NCBI GenBank assembly: GCA_963790475.1
Contig: CAWBOS010000012.1
Coordinates: forward strand, 288,001-352,000
Reading direction: 5' to 3'
DNA: 64,000 nucleotides
DNA from: an uncultured delta proteobacterium
GTDB lineage: Bacteria; Desulfobacterota; RBG-13-43-22
Of the stretch, positions 29,921 to 38,485 are shown one piece after another. The stretch's first letter is position 1. Every line of letters starts with the position of its first letter. The position numbers and the translations under genes are program-made. The notes below the pieces were generated by a model that had not been told where the DNA came from, made no database searches, and saw only the letters and a program-made list of their open reading frames with translations.

Positions 29921-30016
29921 CTGCCCTGTTAGGGGCCACCTCTTCCGGGGAACTCCCGGACGAGGCGTAGTAACTTAGGAATAGAATTCTACTCAAATTG
30001 GATAGAATATTTCGTC

Positions 30017-30130
30017 GTCATAAGGTCTCGCGGAGGCGGGAATCCAGGCTATTCTCAACTTATTAAAAACACTGGATTCCCTTTTTCAAGGGAATGACGA
30101 AAATAGGCTTTCGGTGACTTTTTACGAATC
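30017..30130. repeat. REP/REPIN-like palindromic element, family A
   Basis: GCGGAGGCGGGAATCCAG ... CTGGATTCCC..GGGAATGAC followed by GACTTTTTACGA outer motif. Confidence 0.7.
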
Positions 30131-30200
30131 CACCAAATGTTACAATATTTCAAATATGGTTCCGGCTTGTCCGGGTTAGGTGTTTGAAAATAAATTCTCG

Positions 30201-30422
30201 TTCACTGCAAAGCCGCAAAGAAGGCAAAGAGAATTTTCTTAGAACAATCCCGTGAGTGGCAGGATTGTTCTAACCGACTCTATCCTTCGGATAGAAAAAT
30301 TCAAAGAGGGCTTCGGCCCGAAGGGGACTACTCCCGAAGGGTTGCCAAGCGTATCGATTGCCAGCCTCTCACTGGCAATCGATACATATTATTCTTTGCG
30401 ACCTCTGCGGCTTTGCGGTGAA
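30201..30422. repeat. MITE-like palindromic element, family B copy 2
   Basis: TTCACTGCAAAGCCGCAAAG ... CTCTGCGGCTTTGCGGTGAA termini; internal palindromes AGAACAATCC..GGATTGTTCT and ATCGATTGCCAG..CTGGCAATCGAT. Confidence 0.75.
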
Positions 30423-30476
30423 AACAAGTTTTCAAAAAACTAAACTGATACCGTAAACCGAATGGGTTAAGTATTC

Positions 30477-31256
30477 TCATCTTCCTGCCTCGACCATCTC
30501 TATGGTTTTTGATTCAATGTCGGTACTGCTCATCAAGGCCGAACCGACCAGGACGGCATTAAGCTTTAATCCTTTCAGACCCTCTATATGTTTTTGGTTG
30601 TGGATGCCGCTCTCACCCACGATGATATGGCCTTCAGGAATCTGGGCGGCCAGCTCACGGGTAGTCTGCAGGTTAATCTCGAAAGTATCCAGGTCCCGGT
30701 TATTTATACCGATAATTTCCGCCTTGGCATCAAGGGCCTTTTCCAGGTCTTCCCGGTCATGGACCTCAACCAGCGCGGCCAGGCCGCATTCATGAGAGAT
30801 ATGGAGCAACTCCTTTAACTGCGCCTCGGAAAGGATTCTGACAATCAACAGGATGGCATCCGCCCCCCAGGCCAGGGCCTCCCTAATCTGTATCCCATCG
30901 ATAATGAAATCCTTCCTCAGGACAGGCAGGTTTACCGCCTGCTTCACTTCGGGCAGATTTTCCAAGTGCCCGTGAAAAAATTTTTGATCCGTCAATAAGG
31001 ATATGGCGGACGCTCCGCCCCGTTCATAAATCCGGCCGATTTTTATCGGGTCTGTCTTTTCCCGAATCCTGCCAGCCGAAGGAGAGGCAAACTTAATCTC
31101 GGCGATCAGATTGATCCGGCCCGGTTGAGATATGGCGGATTTGAAATCGCGGATTCCGGGGATCTTTCTTTGACCGGGAGAGGATAGGCCGTTTTTTTTC
31201 AGTTGGGCCACTTCCTGCTTTTTTGTTTCAAGTATTTCTATCAGCCGTGAATGCAT
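30477..31256 (-). CDS. trpC: Indole-3-glycerol phosphate synthase
   Basis: LIAEIKFASPSAG, PVLRKDFII, IIGINNRDL, ESGI motifs. Confidence 0.97.
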   Translation of the reverse strand: MHSRLIEILETKKQEVAQLKKNGLSSPGQRKIPGIRDFKSAISQPGRINLIAEIKFASPSAGRIREKTDPIKIGRIYERGGASAISLLTDQKFFHGHLENLPEVKQAVNLPVLRKDFIIDGIQIREALAWGADAILLIVRILSEAQLKELLHISHECGLAALVEVHDREDLEKALDAKAEIIGINNRDLDTFEINLQTTRELAAQIPEGHIIVGESGIHNQKHIEGLKGLKLNAVLVGSALMSSTDIESKTIEMVEAGR

Positions 31257-31349
31257 AATAATTTCCGAAATATTACGTTAATATTAGTTCCTCATGTCCC
31301 TTGAGGTCGTCATGAATCTTGAAATTAATATTATGCTGAGGAGAGGTTT

Positions 31350-31426
31350 GTCATTCCGGCGAAAGCCGGAATCCAGGTTAAAGAAAGCATCCATAGCCCT
31401 GGATGCCGGATCAAGTCCGGCATGAC
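31350..31426. repeat. REP/REPIN-like palindromic element, family A
   Basis: GTCATTCCGGCGAAAGCCGGAATCCAG ... CTGGATGCCGGATCAAGTCCGGCATGAC. Confidence 0.8.
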
Positions 31427-31470
31427 GGGAAACAAACATGCTCCCAGAGTAATGTAGAATTGTTCTCGTA

Positions 31471-32532
31471 TTAAACCTTAATGCTGTTAGTAAATTCGAT
31501 CAATTGTTCCAACTTATGTTTGGCCTTACCGGAGTCAATCACATCCCGGGCACGTTCAATGCCGGCCTTCAGGTCTTGATCGAGTCCGGCAGCCACGAAG
31601 GCCGCAGCCGCGTTCAATAGAACAATATCCTTTCTGGCCCCCTCCTGGCCGTCCAGGATATTTCGAATGATCCAGGCGTTTTCCTGGGCGTCTCCGCCTT
31701 TTATAGCATCAATCGTAGCCCTTTGAAATCCGTAATCTTCGGGGGAAATTTGATAACTATGAACATCTCCGTCCTTGAGATGAGAGATCCGGGTCGGGCT
31801 GCAGATGCTGATCTCATCGAAGATTCCTTCTCCGCAAACCACAAAGGCTTCTTTCGAACCCAATCTACCGAGGACCCGGGCCATCTTTTCCGTTAAATCG
31901 GGGGAGTAGACTCCAAGGACCTGGGCGGTAGCCCCGGCCGGGTTGGTCAGAGGTCCAAGGATATTGAATATGGTCCGTAATCCGATCTCTTTCCTGGGCC
32001 CGGCGGCGTATTTCATGGCGCCGTGAAAGAGAGGAGCGAATAAAAATCCGATTCCAATTTCACGTATACATCTTTCAACTTCCTGAGGGGTGATGTCGAG
32101 TTTGACCCCCAGGTTTTCCAAAACATCCGCGCTTCCACATCGGCTGGAAACGGCCCTGTTCCCGTGCTTGGCGACCTTGACACCTCCTCCGGCGGCCAAA
32201 AGGGCGGTAGCGGTCGAAACGTTAAAGGTGTTGGTCCCGTCTCCGCCGGTCCCGCAAGTGTCCAGTATCGTCTCCGCATCGATATTGATCTCATCACGGT
32301 CAAGGCTCAATGAGGTATCGATCACGTTGATCTTAGTAGCCTTTTCCCGCATCACCCGTGCCGCGCCGACGATCTCATCCACCGTTTCTCCTTTCATCCT
32401 GAGGGCCGTAATAAAGGCCCCGATCTGGGCCGGAGTCGCTTCCCCGCTCATGATTTCATTCATGACCGTTTCCATCTCCATCTGGCTCAAGTCCTCTTTG
32501 TTTACGACCTTCCCGATCGCTCCCTGAATCAT
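31471..32532 (-). CDS. trpD: Anthranilate phosphoribosyltransferase
   Basis: [40 protein letters not shown] motifs. Confidence 0.97.
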   Translation of the reverse strand: MIQGAIGKVVNKEDLSQMEMETVMNEIMSGEATPAQIGAFITALRMKGETVDEIVGAARVMREKATKINVIDTSLSLDRDEINIDAETILDTCGTGGDGTNTFNVSTATALLAAGGGVKVAKHGNRAVSSRCGSADVLENLGVKLDITPQEVERCIREIGIGFLFAPLFHGAMKYAAGPRKEIGLRTIFNILGPLTNPAGATAQVLGVYSPDLTEKMARVLGRLGSKEAFVVCGEGIFDEISICSPTRISHLKDGDVHSYQISPEDYGFQRATIDAIKGGDAQENAWIIRNILDGQEGARKDIVLLNAAAAFVAAGLDQDLKAGIERARDVIDSGKAKHKLEQLIEFTNSIKV

Positions 32533-32538
32533 TTCGCA

Positions 32539-32646
32539 TCCTCCTTTAACTAAAAATCCGGTCTAAGGTCCAAGGTGTAAGGTATTCGATTTTACCTTAA
32601 ACCTTAAACCGTAAACCGTGAACCTTGAACCTTAAACTTCGAACCT
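32539..32646 (-). repeat. Inverted heptamer-repeat cassette (AAGGTNN)n/(NNACCTT)n, family C, ending in the trpD RBS
   Basis: Its reverse complement matches the layout of 38486-38581, both ending ACCGGA(A)TTTTT(T)AGTT.AGGAGGA-N5-ATG. Confidence 0.75.
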
Positions 32647-34788
32647 TTTTCGTCCTAACATCCGCACCACATTAGTGAGTAGCTTTAAACCCAGATCGTC
32701 CTTGAGGGTCATGATAGATTCCGGATGAAATTGCACGGCCGCCATCGGCAGCTCTTTATGGGCAATTCCCATTACCACCTGGTCATCGCTTATGGCCGTT
32801 TTTTCCAAACAGGAAGGCAGGGCTTCCGTCTCCGCAAAGATAGAGTGATATCGTCCGGCCCTAAAGGTCTCCGGGAACCCTTCAAAGATCCCTTTCCGGT
32901 TATTCCGGATCATCGAAGGTTTTCCGTGCATCGGATAATCCAGAAGACCGAGTTTTCCACCAAAGGCCTCGACCATCCCTTGCAGACCTAAACAGACCCC
33001 AAATACCGGCAGGTTCCGTTCAACACAGGCCTTGACCAGGTCAGCCACACCGAAATCGGAAGGGCGGCCCGGACCGGGAGAGAGAAAAATCATATCCCAC
33101 TTCTCCTTTTCCAGGATCTCCAGCGGGAAGCCGGCCCGCAAAGTAACAACCTGGGCCCCGGTCTGACGGACGTAATTGGCCAGTGTATGCACAAAGGAGT
33201 CCTGATGATCCACAAAAAGGATTTTGGGCGGCCTTCCCTCGGGAGAATGGGGAATGAATGGTATCCGCTCCGGCGGTTTTTTCCCTAAAATGGCGTCGAT
33301 AAAGGCCGAGGCCTTAATGCGGGTCTCTTTTTCTTCTTCATCCGGGTCCGAGTCTACCAGAAGGGTCGCACCGACCCTTACCTTGGCCATCCCGTCTTTC
33401 AGATGGATAGTACGAATGGTAATGCCGGTATTCAAGTTGCCGTTAAAGCTGATAAAGCCTATGGCGCCCCCATACCATTCCCGCGGCGAATTTTCCAGGT
33501 CTTCAATTCGCTGCATGGCGGCCTTTTTGGGGGCTCCGGTCAAAGTAACCGCCCACATATGGGATAAAAAGGCGTCCAGAGAATCGCAATCTTCCCGCAA
33601 GGTCCCGGTCACATGATCGACCGTATGGAAGAGACGGGAATAGGTTTCAATAAGGCGGCGGCCCTTCAAGTGCACAGTTCCGGGTTTACAGATGCGTGAT
33701 TTATCATTGCGATCCACATCCGTAACCATGGTCAGTTCGGATTCATCTTTAATTGAATTGAGCAAGGAACGAATCTGGTCCGAATCTTCCATGGCGTCCT
33801 TTCCCCGGGAGATGGTTCCGGAGATGGGACAGGTTTCCACAAAATCCCCATCCACCCGCACAAACATTTCTGGTGAGGAACCAACCAGTTGCTCGTCTCC
33901 CATATTAATTAAAAATTCGTAAGGGCTGGGGTTGACCTTCCGGACTACATTAAACAAGTCCCCCGGTGTTCCGGCATAACCGGTATAAAAAAGCTGACTG
34001 GGGACAACTTCGAAGAAATCACCCTTCCGGCAACCCTCCTGGACCTGGCGAACCTTATCGGCATATTCTCCCGGTCCGTGATCCACCTTGATTTCACCGG
34101 GTGTGCCGCGTTTAATCTCTATCACTTCTCCCTTCCGTTCTACTCCCACTGTGTCCTGTCCATTAAAAATAAAATCATAGCGTCTTCTTTCGGCAACCTC
34201 TTTACGATGATCGACCAGGATTAGTTCATCGGGCAGGAACAGGTGCGCCTCCTTATAAAAGGCTGGGCGTCTATGTTTCAATCGAATCGGTTCGAATTGA
34301 AAGGCCAGATCATAACCAAAGGCTCCGTATAACCCGAGATGAGGATCGGCATCAGAACCGAATACCTTAATCATCGTACGGATAATGGAAAAGAAACTGG
34401 GTTGTTTACTGCGCTCCTCTTCGGAGAAATGACCGGACAGGGGGACAATCTTTCCTGTTATTCCGGTATCGGTTTTTTCGATCTCCTGCAAATGGGGATT
34501 TTGGGTAAGGGGCTGGTTAAGAAAATTTATCAGGATTTTCCCCCGGTCATTCAGGGCCTCCAGACGGAATTTCCGGTCGTAACCGATGATCTGAAGCGGA
34601 GGATTTATAAAGGCGATATCCCAGCGGCTGTATCTTCCCGGATATTCATAGCCACTGGCAAAGACAGCGCCTTTGAATTGGTCGATGCCGGCCAGGGGAA
34701 TTTTAAGCGCCGATTTATAGGGCAATACTTCAACACTTCGGAGAACCTTTATCCCGGTACCGGTTACGTAGAGATCGTTCATGGTCAA
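32632..34788 (-). CDS. trpE: Anthranilate synthase, fused components I+II (TrpE(G))
   Basis: N-terminal chorismate-binding domain (NPSPYEF, SSPEMFV, PISGT, TGAPK, YGGAIG) fused to a GATase domain (DSFVHTL, SPGPG, GVCLG, RYHS, QFHPES). Confidence 0.95.
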   Translation of the reverse strand: MTMNDLYVTGTGIKVLRSVEVLPYKSALKIPLAGIDQFKGAVFASGYEYPGRYSRWDIAFINPPLQIIGYDRKFRLEALNDRGKILINFLNQPLTQNPHLQEIEKTDTGITGKIVPLSGHFSEEERSKQPSFFSIIRTMIKVFGSDADPHLGLYGAFGYDLAFQFEPIRLKHRRPAFYKEAHLFLPDELILVDHRKEVAERRRYDFIFNGQDTVGVERKGEVIEIKRGTPGEIKVDHGPGEYADKVRQVQEGCRKGDFFEVVPSQLFYTGYAGTPGDLFNVVRKVNPSPYEFLINMGDEQLVGSSPEMFVRVDGDFVETCPISGTISRGKDAMEDSDQIRSLLNSIKDESELTMVTDVDRNDKSRICKPGTVHLKGRRLIETYSRLFHTVDHVTGTLREDCDSLDAFLSHMWAVTLTGAPKKAAMQRIEDLENSPREWYGGAIGFISFNGNLNTGITIRTIHLKDGMAKVRVGATLLVDSDPDEEEKETRIKASAFIDAILGKKPPERIPFIPHSPEGRPPKILFVDHQDSFVHTLANYVRQTGAQVVTLRAGFPLEILEKEKWDMIFLSPGPGRPSDFGVADLVKACVERNLPVFGVCLGLQGMVEAFGGKLGLLDYPMHGKPSMIRNNRKGIFEGFPETFRAGRYHSIFAETEALPSCLEKTAISDDQVVMGIAHKELPMAAVQFHPESIMTLKDDLGLKLLTNVVRMLGRKRFEV

Positions 34789-34914
34789 GTTCCTTTATCT
34801 CGATATTTCCGTTCAGCGTTCAGCGTTCGGCGAAAACCTGTTTTCATGATTCGTCATTGCCCGCTTCAGGAAGCCATGAAGACTTTGTTGAACGCGGGTT
34901 TCCAAACAACTTCC

Positions 34915-34956
34915 TCTAAAAAACAAAAAAGGCCGCGATTTTTCTTCACGGCCTTT
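34915..34956 (-). terminator. Second terminator-like hairpin in the trp leader
   Basis: Minus strand AAAGGCCG(TG)...(CG)CGGCCTTT followed by TTTGTTTTT. Confidence 0.65.
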
Positions 34957-34965
34957 CGAGTGCGT

Positions 34966-35008
34966 AAATAAAAAAGCCGTGGAGACCTTGAGAGGGCCTC
35001 CACGGCTT
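34966..35008 (-). terminator. trp attenuator terminator
   Basis: 11-bp stem AAGCCGTGGAG/CTCCACGGCTT (34974-34984 / 34998-35008) followed by a minus-strand U-run; its CCCTCTC can alternatively pair with GAGAGGG in the leader ORF. Confidence 0.85.
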
Positions 35009-35025
35009 ATGATTTTTATATCAGG

Positions 35026-35100
35026 TCAGCAGCGGACGAACCCCTCTCTTGAATCCTGCCACCACCACCAATTATTGCTGACTTTTAATAAGTAATTCAT
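35026..35100 (-). CDS. trpL: trp operon leader peptide MNYLLKVSNNWWWWQDSREGFVRC (24 aa)
   Basis: Read directly from the sequence: four consecutive TGG codons at 35070-35059, AAGG RBS, located between the promoter and the terminator upstream of trpE. Confidence 0.92.
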   Translation of the reverse strand: MNYLLKVSNNWWWWQDSREGFVRC

Positions 35101-35135
35101 TATTGCCTTTTCAATATTCAAAAAAATTAGGAGGT

Positions 35136-35163
35136 ATTATATCATAGTAATCGTTGGAGTCAA
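35136..35163 (-). promoter_or_regulatory. trp operon promoter
   Basis: Minus-strand TTGACT (35163-35158), 16 nt, extended -10 TGA-TATAAT (35141-35136). Confidence 0.75.
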
Positions 35164-35259
35164 TACTTTTTTGCATTTTTTGGATATTTTTTGAGATTGA
35201 CTTTAACTGTTTGTTATGATGTAAATTGTTCAAAACGGGATTAATTTTCTTTAGCCTTC

Positions 35260-35337
35260 GACCCTTTCACGAAAGGTTGGTCCATGAATGATTCGACAAG
35301 ACCCCGTTCTTTTAAAAAAAGAAATGGGGTTTTGTTT
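35260..35337 (+). ncRNA. Candidate cis-regulatory leader RNA, copy B
   Basis: GAC-C-CCTTT-CACG-AAAGG-TTG-GTC hairpin, ATGAATGAT, then AAGACCCC...GGGGTTTT terminator-like stem; aligns with 18468-18545. Confidence 0.5.
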
Positions 35338-35434
35338 CCGGCACAGGAAGAAATTAATAACCTATATCAATGCTTCATCTTAAAGCGTTTCGTTCTGCGA
35401 AACTTGATGTGCAAAAATCGAGAGGAGAAAGCCA

Positions 35435-37111
35435 ATGGCAGAAGTGAGAGCGGGTAAAATCCTGGTTAAAATACTTAAAGAGGCGGGTGTAAAGTTTATA
35501 TCGGGGATTCATGGCGGCCATCTGTGGCCTCTTTTGAGTGCCCTGGATGAAGACATGAGGATGCTTCATCTCCGGCATGAACAGTCAGGGCCTTATATTT
35601 CGGATGGGTGGGGCAGGACCACGGGCCGTCCCGGGGTTTGCTTCGGGACCGCCGGACCGGGGATGTACAACATGGTTCCCGGATTAGCCCACGCCTTTTT
35701 ATGCAAAAGCCCGGTGGTGGCCATCGCCGGTCAGCATGAGGCCTTTCACGATGGATGGGCCCCCTTCCAGGAAGGTTACGGTGAGGAGGTCTGCAAAAGC
35801 TTTACTAAATGGTCTAAAAGGATCGTTGATCCCCGGACTTTGACCTTTCATCTCCAGAAGGCCCTGAGGGATGCGGTGGCCTATCCTCCCGGGCCGGTAG
35901 TCCTGGAGATCCCGGTGAATGTCCTGGGTAGAAGGGAGGAGGACACCAGGCAAGTGGGGTATATCCCGACCGATCAATGCGCTGATATGAGTAAATCGGG
36001 GGCTGATCCGGTCCTGGTGGAGAAGATGGTGCGCATGTTTCTTGAGGCTAAAAGTCCGGCTATTATCGGGGGAGACGGGATCTACTGGTCAGGGGCCTCG
36101 GAAGAATTGAGGGAATTTGTTGAACTGCTCAATATCCCGGTCATCACCCGGCGGATGGGAAGGGGGGCGGTTCCTGAAGCCCATCCTCTGGCCTTTACCG
36201 GTGCTTTCCGGAGACCCATTCTCAATGGTGCCGATGTGATCGCGGTCTTTGGTCTGCGGATGAGCAATCTGGAACACTATGCCCAACCCCCGACTTATAG
36301 TCACCAGGCCAAATATATCCTGGTGTCGGAGGCCTATGAAGATCTGGAAGCCAGGGTCCCCACTGAGGTCAGGCTCATGGCCAATCCCAGGTTGGTCCTC
36401 AAACAGATGATCGATTGTGCCAAGGATCTGATGAAAGCCAAGCCCGAGCGGGTCGAATGGCTCAAACTGGTAGCCACGGCCAAAGAGGCGGCCCGGGTAA
36501 AGCGGGTCGAGATGGTCCAGGGGGTTCGCCAGGCCCGACCCATCAATCCGAATTTCTTAGCTCAGGAAGTGGTGGATTTCCTCGATGACAGTGCCACCAT
36601 TATCTTAGATTCTTATTCCATGGCCGGTTTTACCACCGACAAGATTGAAGCCAAATTCGCCGGCCAGATCCTGGACGCAGGCACGGACGGAGGGGTCGGC
36701 CACTCGGTGGGGATTGCCATCGGCGCCCAGATGGGCAGACCCGGAAAGCAGGTGCTGGCCTTGCTGGGAGACGGCGGCATAGGTATTTCCGGATTCGATA
36801 TTGAAACCGCTTCCCGGTATAAAATTCCGGCCGTGTACCTCCTTTTCAATAACAGCTCCTGGATAAGCACGGAGTTTCAGAAGGCGACTTTACCCAAGGT
36901 GGATTCCTGGGGGATGCTGCCCGATATTCGTTACGACAAGATGTTTGACGAGGTGGGCTGCCATACCGAGTTTGTTACCGAACCGGAGCAGATCCGTCCC
37001 GCACTGGAGCGGTCTTTTAATTCCGGGAAGACTTCCCTGATTAATGTTATTCCCGATAATACGGTTTTGCCTCCCCAACTGGGCGCCAGCCAGGCCCGGG
37101 CACGCGAGTAA
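35435..37111 (+). CDS. Thiamine-diphosphate enzyme, 2-hydroxyacyl-CoA lyase / oxalyl-CoA decarboxylase / acetolactate-synthase-like family
   Basis: RHEQ catalytic Glu, TAGPG, ILDAGT.GGVG, GDGG...NN TPP-binding motif, DIRYDKM. Confidence 0.85.
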   Translation: MAEVRAGKILVKILKEAGVKFISGIHGGHLWPLLSALDEDMRMLHLRHEQSGPYISDGWGRTTGRPGVCFGTAGPGMYNMVPGLAHAFLCKSPVVAIAGQHEAFHDGWAPFQEGYGEEVCKSFTKWSKRIVDPRTLTFHLQKALRDAVAYPPGPVVLEIPVNVLGRREEDTRQVGYIPTDQCADMSKSGADPVLVEKMVRMFLEAKSPAIIGGDGIYWSGASEELREFVELLNIPVITRRMGRGAVPEAHPLAFTGAFRRPILNGADVIAVFGLRMSNLEHYAQPPTYSHQAKYILVSEAYEDLEARVPTEVRLMANPRLVLKQMIDCAKDLMKAKPERVEWLKLVATAKEAARVKRVEMVQGVRQARPINPNFLAQEVVDFLDDSATIILDSYSMAGFTTDKIEAKFAGQILDAGTDGGVGHSVGIAIGAQMGRPGKQVLALLGDGGIGISGFDIETASRYKIPAVYLLFNNSSWISTEFQKATLPKVDSWGMLPDIRYDKMFDEVGCHTEFVTEPEQIRPALERSFNSGKTSLINVIPDNTVLPPQLGASQARARE

Positions 37112-37133
37112 GTCGGGAAGGAGGATAGGTTCA

Positions 37134-37859
37134 ATGAAGATCGATGAAAAGGAATGCGTGGGGTGTGAACAATGTTTGGCCTACTGCCCCATGGGGGCTA
37201 TCAGTATGGACGAGGAAACTGAAGCCGCGATGATTGACGAGGATGAGTGCGTGGAATGCGGCGTTTGTTTCAGATCCAAGGTGTGTCCGGTGGAGGCTTT
37301 CGAGGAGGAGGTCCATTCCTGGCCCCGTTCCATCCGGGCGGCCTTTTCCAATCCTCTCCTGGTCCACAAAGAAACGCGGGTACCGGGTCGAGGAACAGAG
37401 GAGGCCAAAACCAACGATGTAACCGGGCAGTTCAGAAAGGGCTTTGTCGGCGTCACCACCGAGATGGGCCGACCGGGCCTGGGGGCGAGATTCAACGATG
37501 TGGAGAAGGTGGCCCAGGCCCTGGCCAGGGCCGGCGTGGTCTTCGCTCCCAACAATCCCGTTACCCATTTGATGGTAGATCAGAAAACGGGAAAATTAAA
37601 TGAGGAGATCATCAACGAGAAGGTTTGTTCGGCCATGATAGAAAGCACCACCCCCCTTGAGAATCTCCATGAGGTAATAAAGGAGTTGAAAGGGGTCGCT
37701 CCTCAGATAGAGACCGTATTCAGTCTGACGATTTCAAGCCGGCTGGAGGATGACGGCACGGCGCCATGCGAGAAGGTATTAAAAGACCTTGAGGTGCCCT
37801 TTTACATCAACGGGAAAATCAACGTGGGCCTGGGGCGTCCCCTGTTTAAGGAGGTATAG
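37134..37859 (+). CDS. Uncharacterised protein with N-terminal 2x[4Fe-4S] ferredoxin domain
   Basis: CVGCEQC...CP and CVECGVC.....CP, followed by a GRGTEEAKTNDVTG...EMGRPG domain; ATG 37134 with GAGGA RBS. Confidence 0.8.
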   Translation: MKIDEKECVGCEQCLAYCPMGAISMDEETEAAMIDEDECVECGVCFRSKVCPVEAFEEEVHSWPRSIRAAFSNPLLVHKETRVPGRGTEEAKTNDVTGQFRKGFVGVTTEMGRPGLGARFNDVEKVAQALARAGVVFAPNNPVTHLMVDQKTGKLNEEIINEKVCSAMIESTTPLENLHEVIKELKGVAPQIETVFSLTISSRLEDDGTAPCEKVLKDLEVPFYINGKINVGLGRPLFKEV

Positions 37860-37861
37860 TT

Positions 37862-38485
37862 ATGACCCATACATTACATAGGCGAGGATCGGAAAAAAGC
37901 TTGGGGAGGGATTACGTCTTGTTGTGCATGGCCGCCAAGGGGATTAATGAAGAAGGCTCTGCTGAAAAAATGCGGGAGTTTCTGAGGATCAACCTGCGCC
38001 ATCAACCGGTCAATGTCGGAGATATGAGAACGGGCAATATGTACAATGTGCCCATAGACGAGATAATGAAAAAAGTCACCAGTACCAGCATTGTCCATGG
38101 CGTTTTCACCGATCAGGAAACGGTGAAGAATGTCCTGAAGGACCTTAAAGAAGCCGATCTGGGCCTGTCCGTCGTGGTCAGCGGCCCTTTTGGCTGTGTG
38201 GGAGAGCTTTGCCGGGCCGCCGGGTTGAGTCCCCATTCTGTCGATTACTCAGGGGCCATCTGGGGGAGAAGGGATAAATTACCAACCGATGAGATACTGG
38301 AAGTGACCACTATGTGCGGTCATGCCATGGTGGCCTCTAACCTGGTCAAGTCCTTGATCGATGAAATAAAGGGCGGGGAGAGAAGCGCCGAAGACGCCGG
38401 TAAGGAACTGGCCAGAATCTGTGAATGTGGGATATTCAACCCGGCCCGTGCCGCAGAGCTTTTAAAGGAACTGGCCTCAAAATAA
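37862..38485 (+). CDS. Conserved hypothetical Cys/His protein, translationally coupled to the Fe-S protein
   Basis: MTHTLHRRG N-terminus, TMCGHAMV and CECGIFNP motifs; starts 2 nt after the upstream stop. Confidence 0.8.
   Translation: MTHTLHRRGSEKSLGRDYVLLCMAAKGINEEGSAEKMREFLRINLRHQPVNVGDMRTGNMYNVPIDEIMKKVTSTSIVHGVFTDQETVKNVLKDLKEADLGLSVVVSGPFGCVGELCRAAGLSPHSVDYSGAIWGRRDKLPTDEILEVTTMCGHAMVASNLVKSLIDEIKGGERSAEDAGKELARICECGIFNPARAAELLKELASK

Larger units (their letters stand above)
28021..29979 (-). mobile_element. Candidate unclassified insertion element (no terminal inverted repeats; subterminal hairpins; CTTAGG at both junctions) inserted between trpC and trpF
   Basis: CTTAGG at 28021-28026 and 29974-29979; hairpins at 28043-28062 and 29939-29965; a single ORF unrelated to Trp synthesis interrupts the trp gene order. 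Confidence 0.7.

Noticed and set aside
32564-32646. Periodic repeats that could be mistaken for a CRISPR array (also 38486-38554 and 39782-39838)
   Set aside because: The period is 7 nt with no unique spacers, and there are no cas genes in the window.
35435-37111. Calling the TPP enzyme ilvB because ilvC is nearby
   Set aside because: There is no ilvN/ilvH small subunit, ilvC is on the opposite strand in another unit, and the operon context is CoA-transferases.
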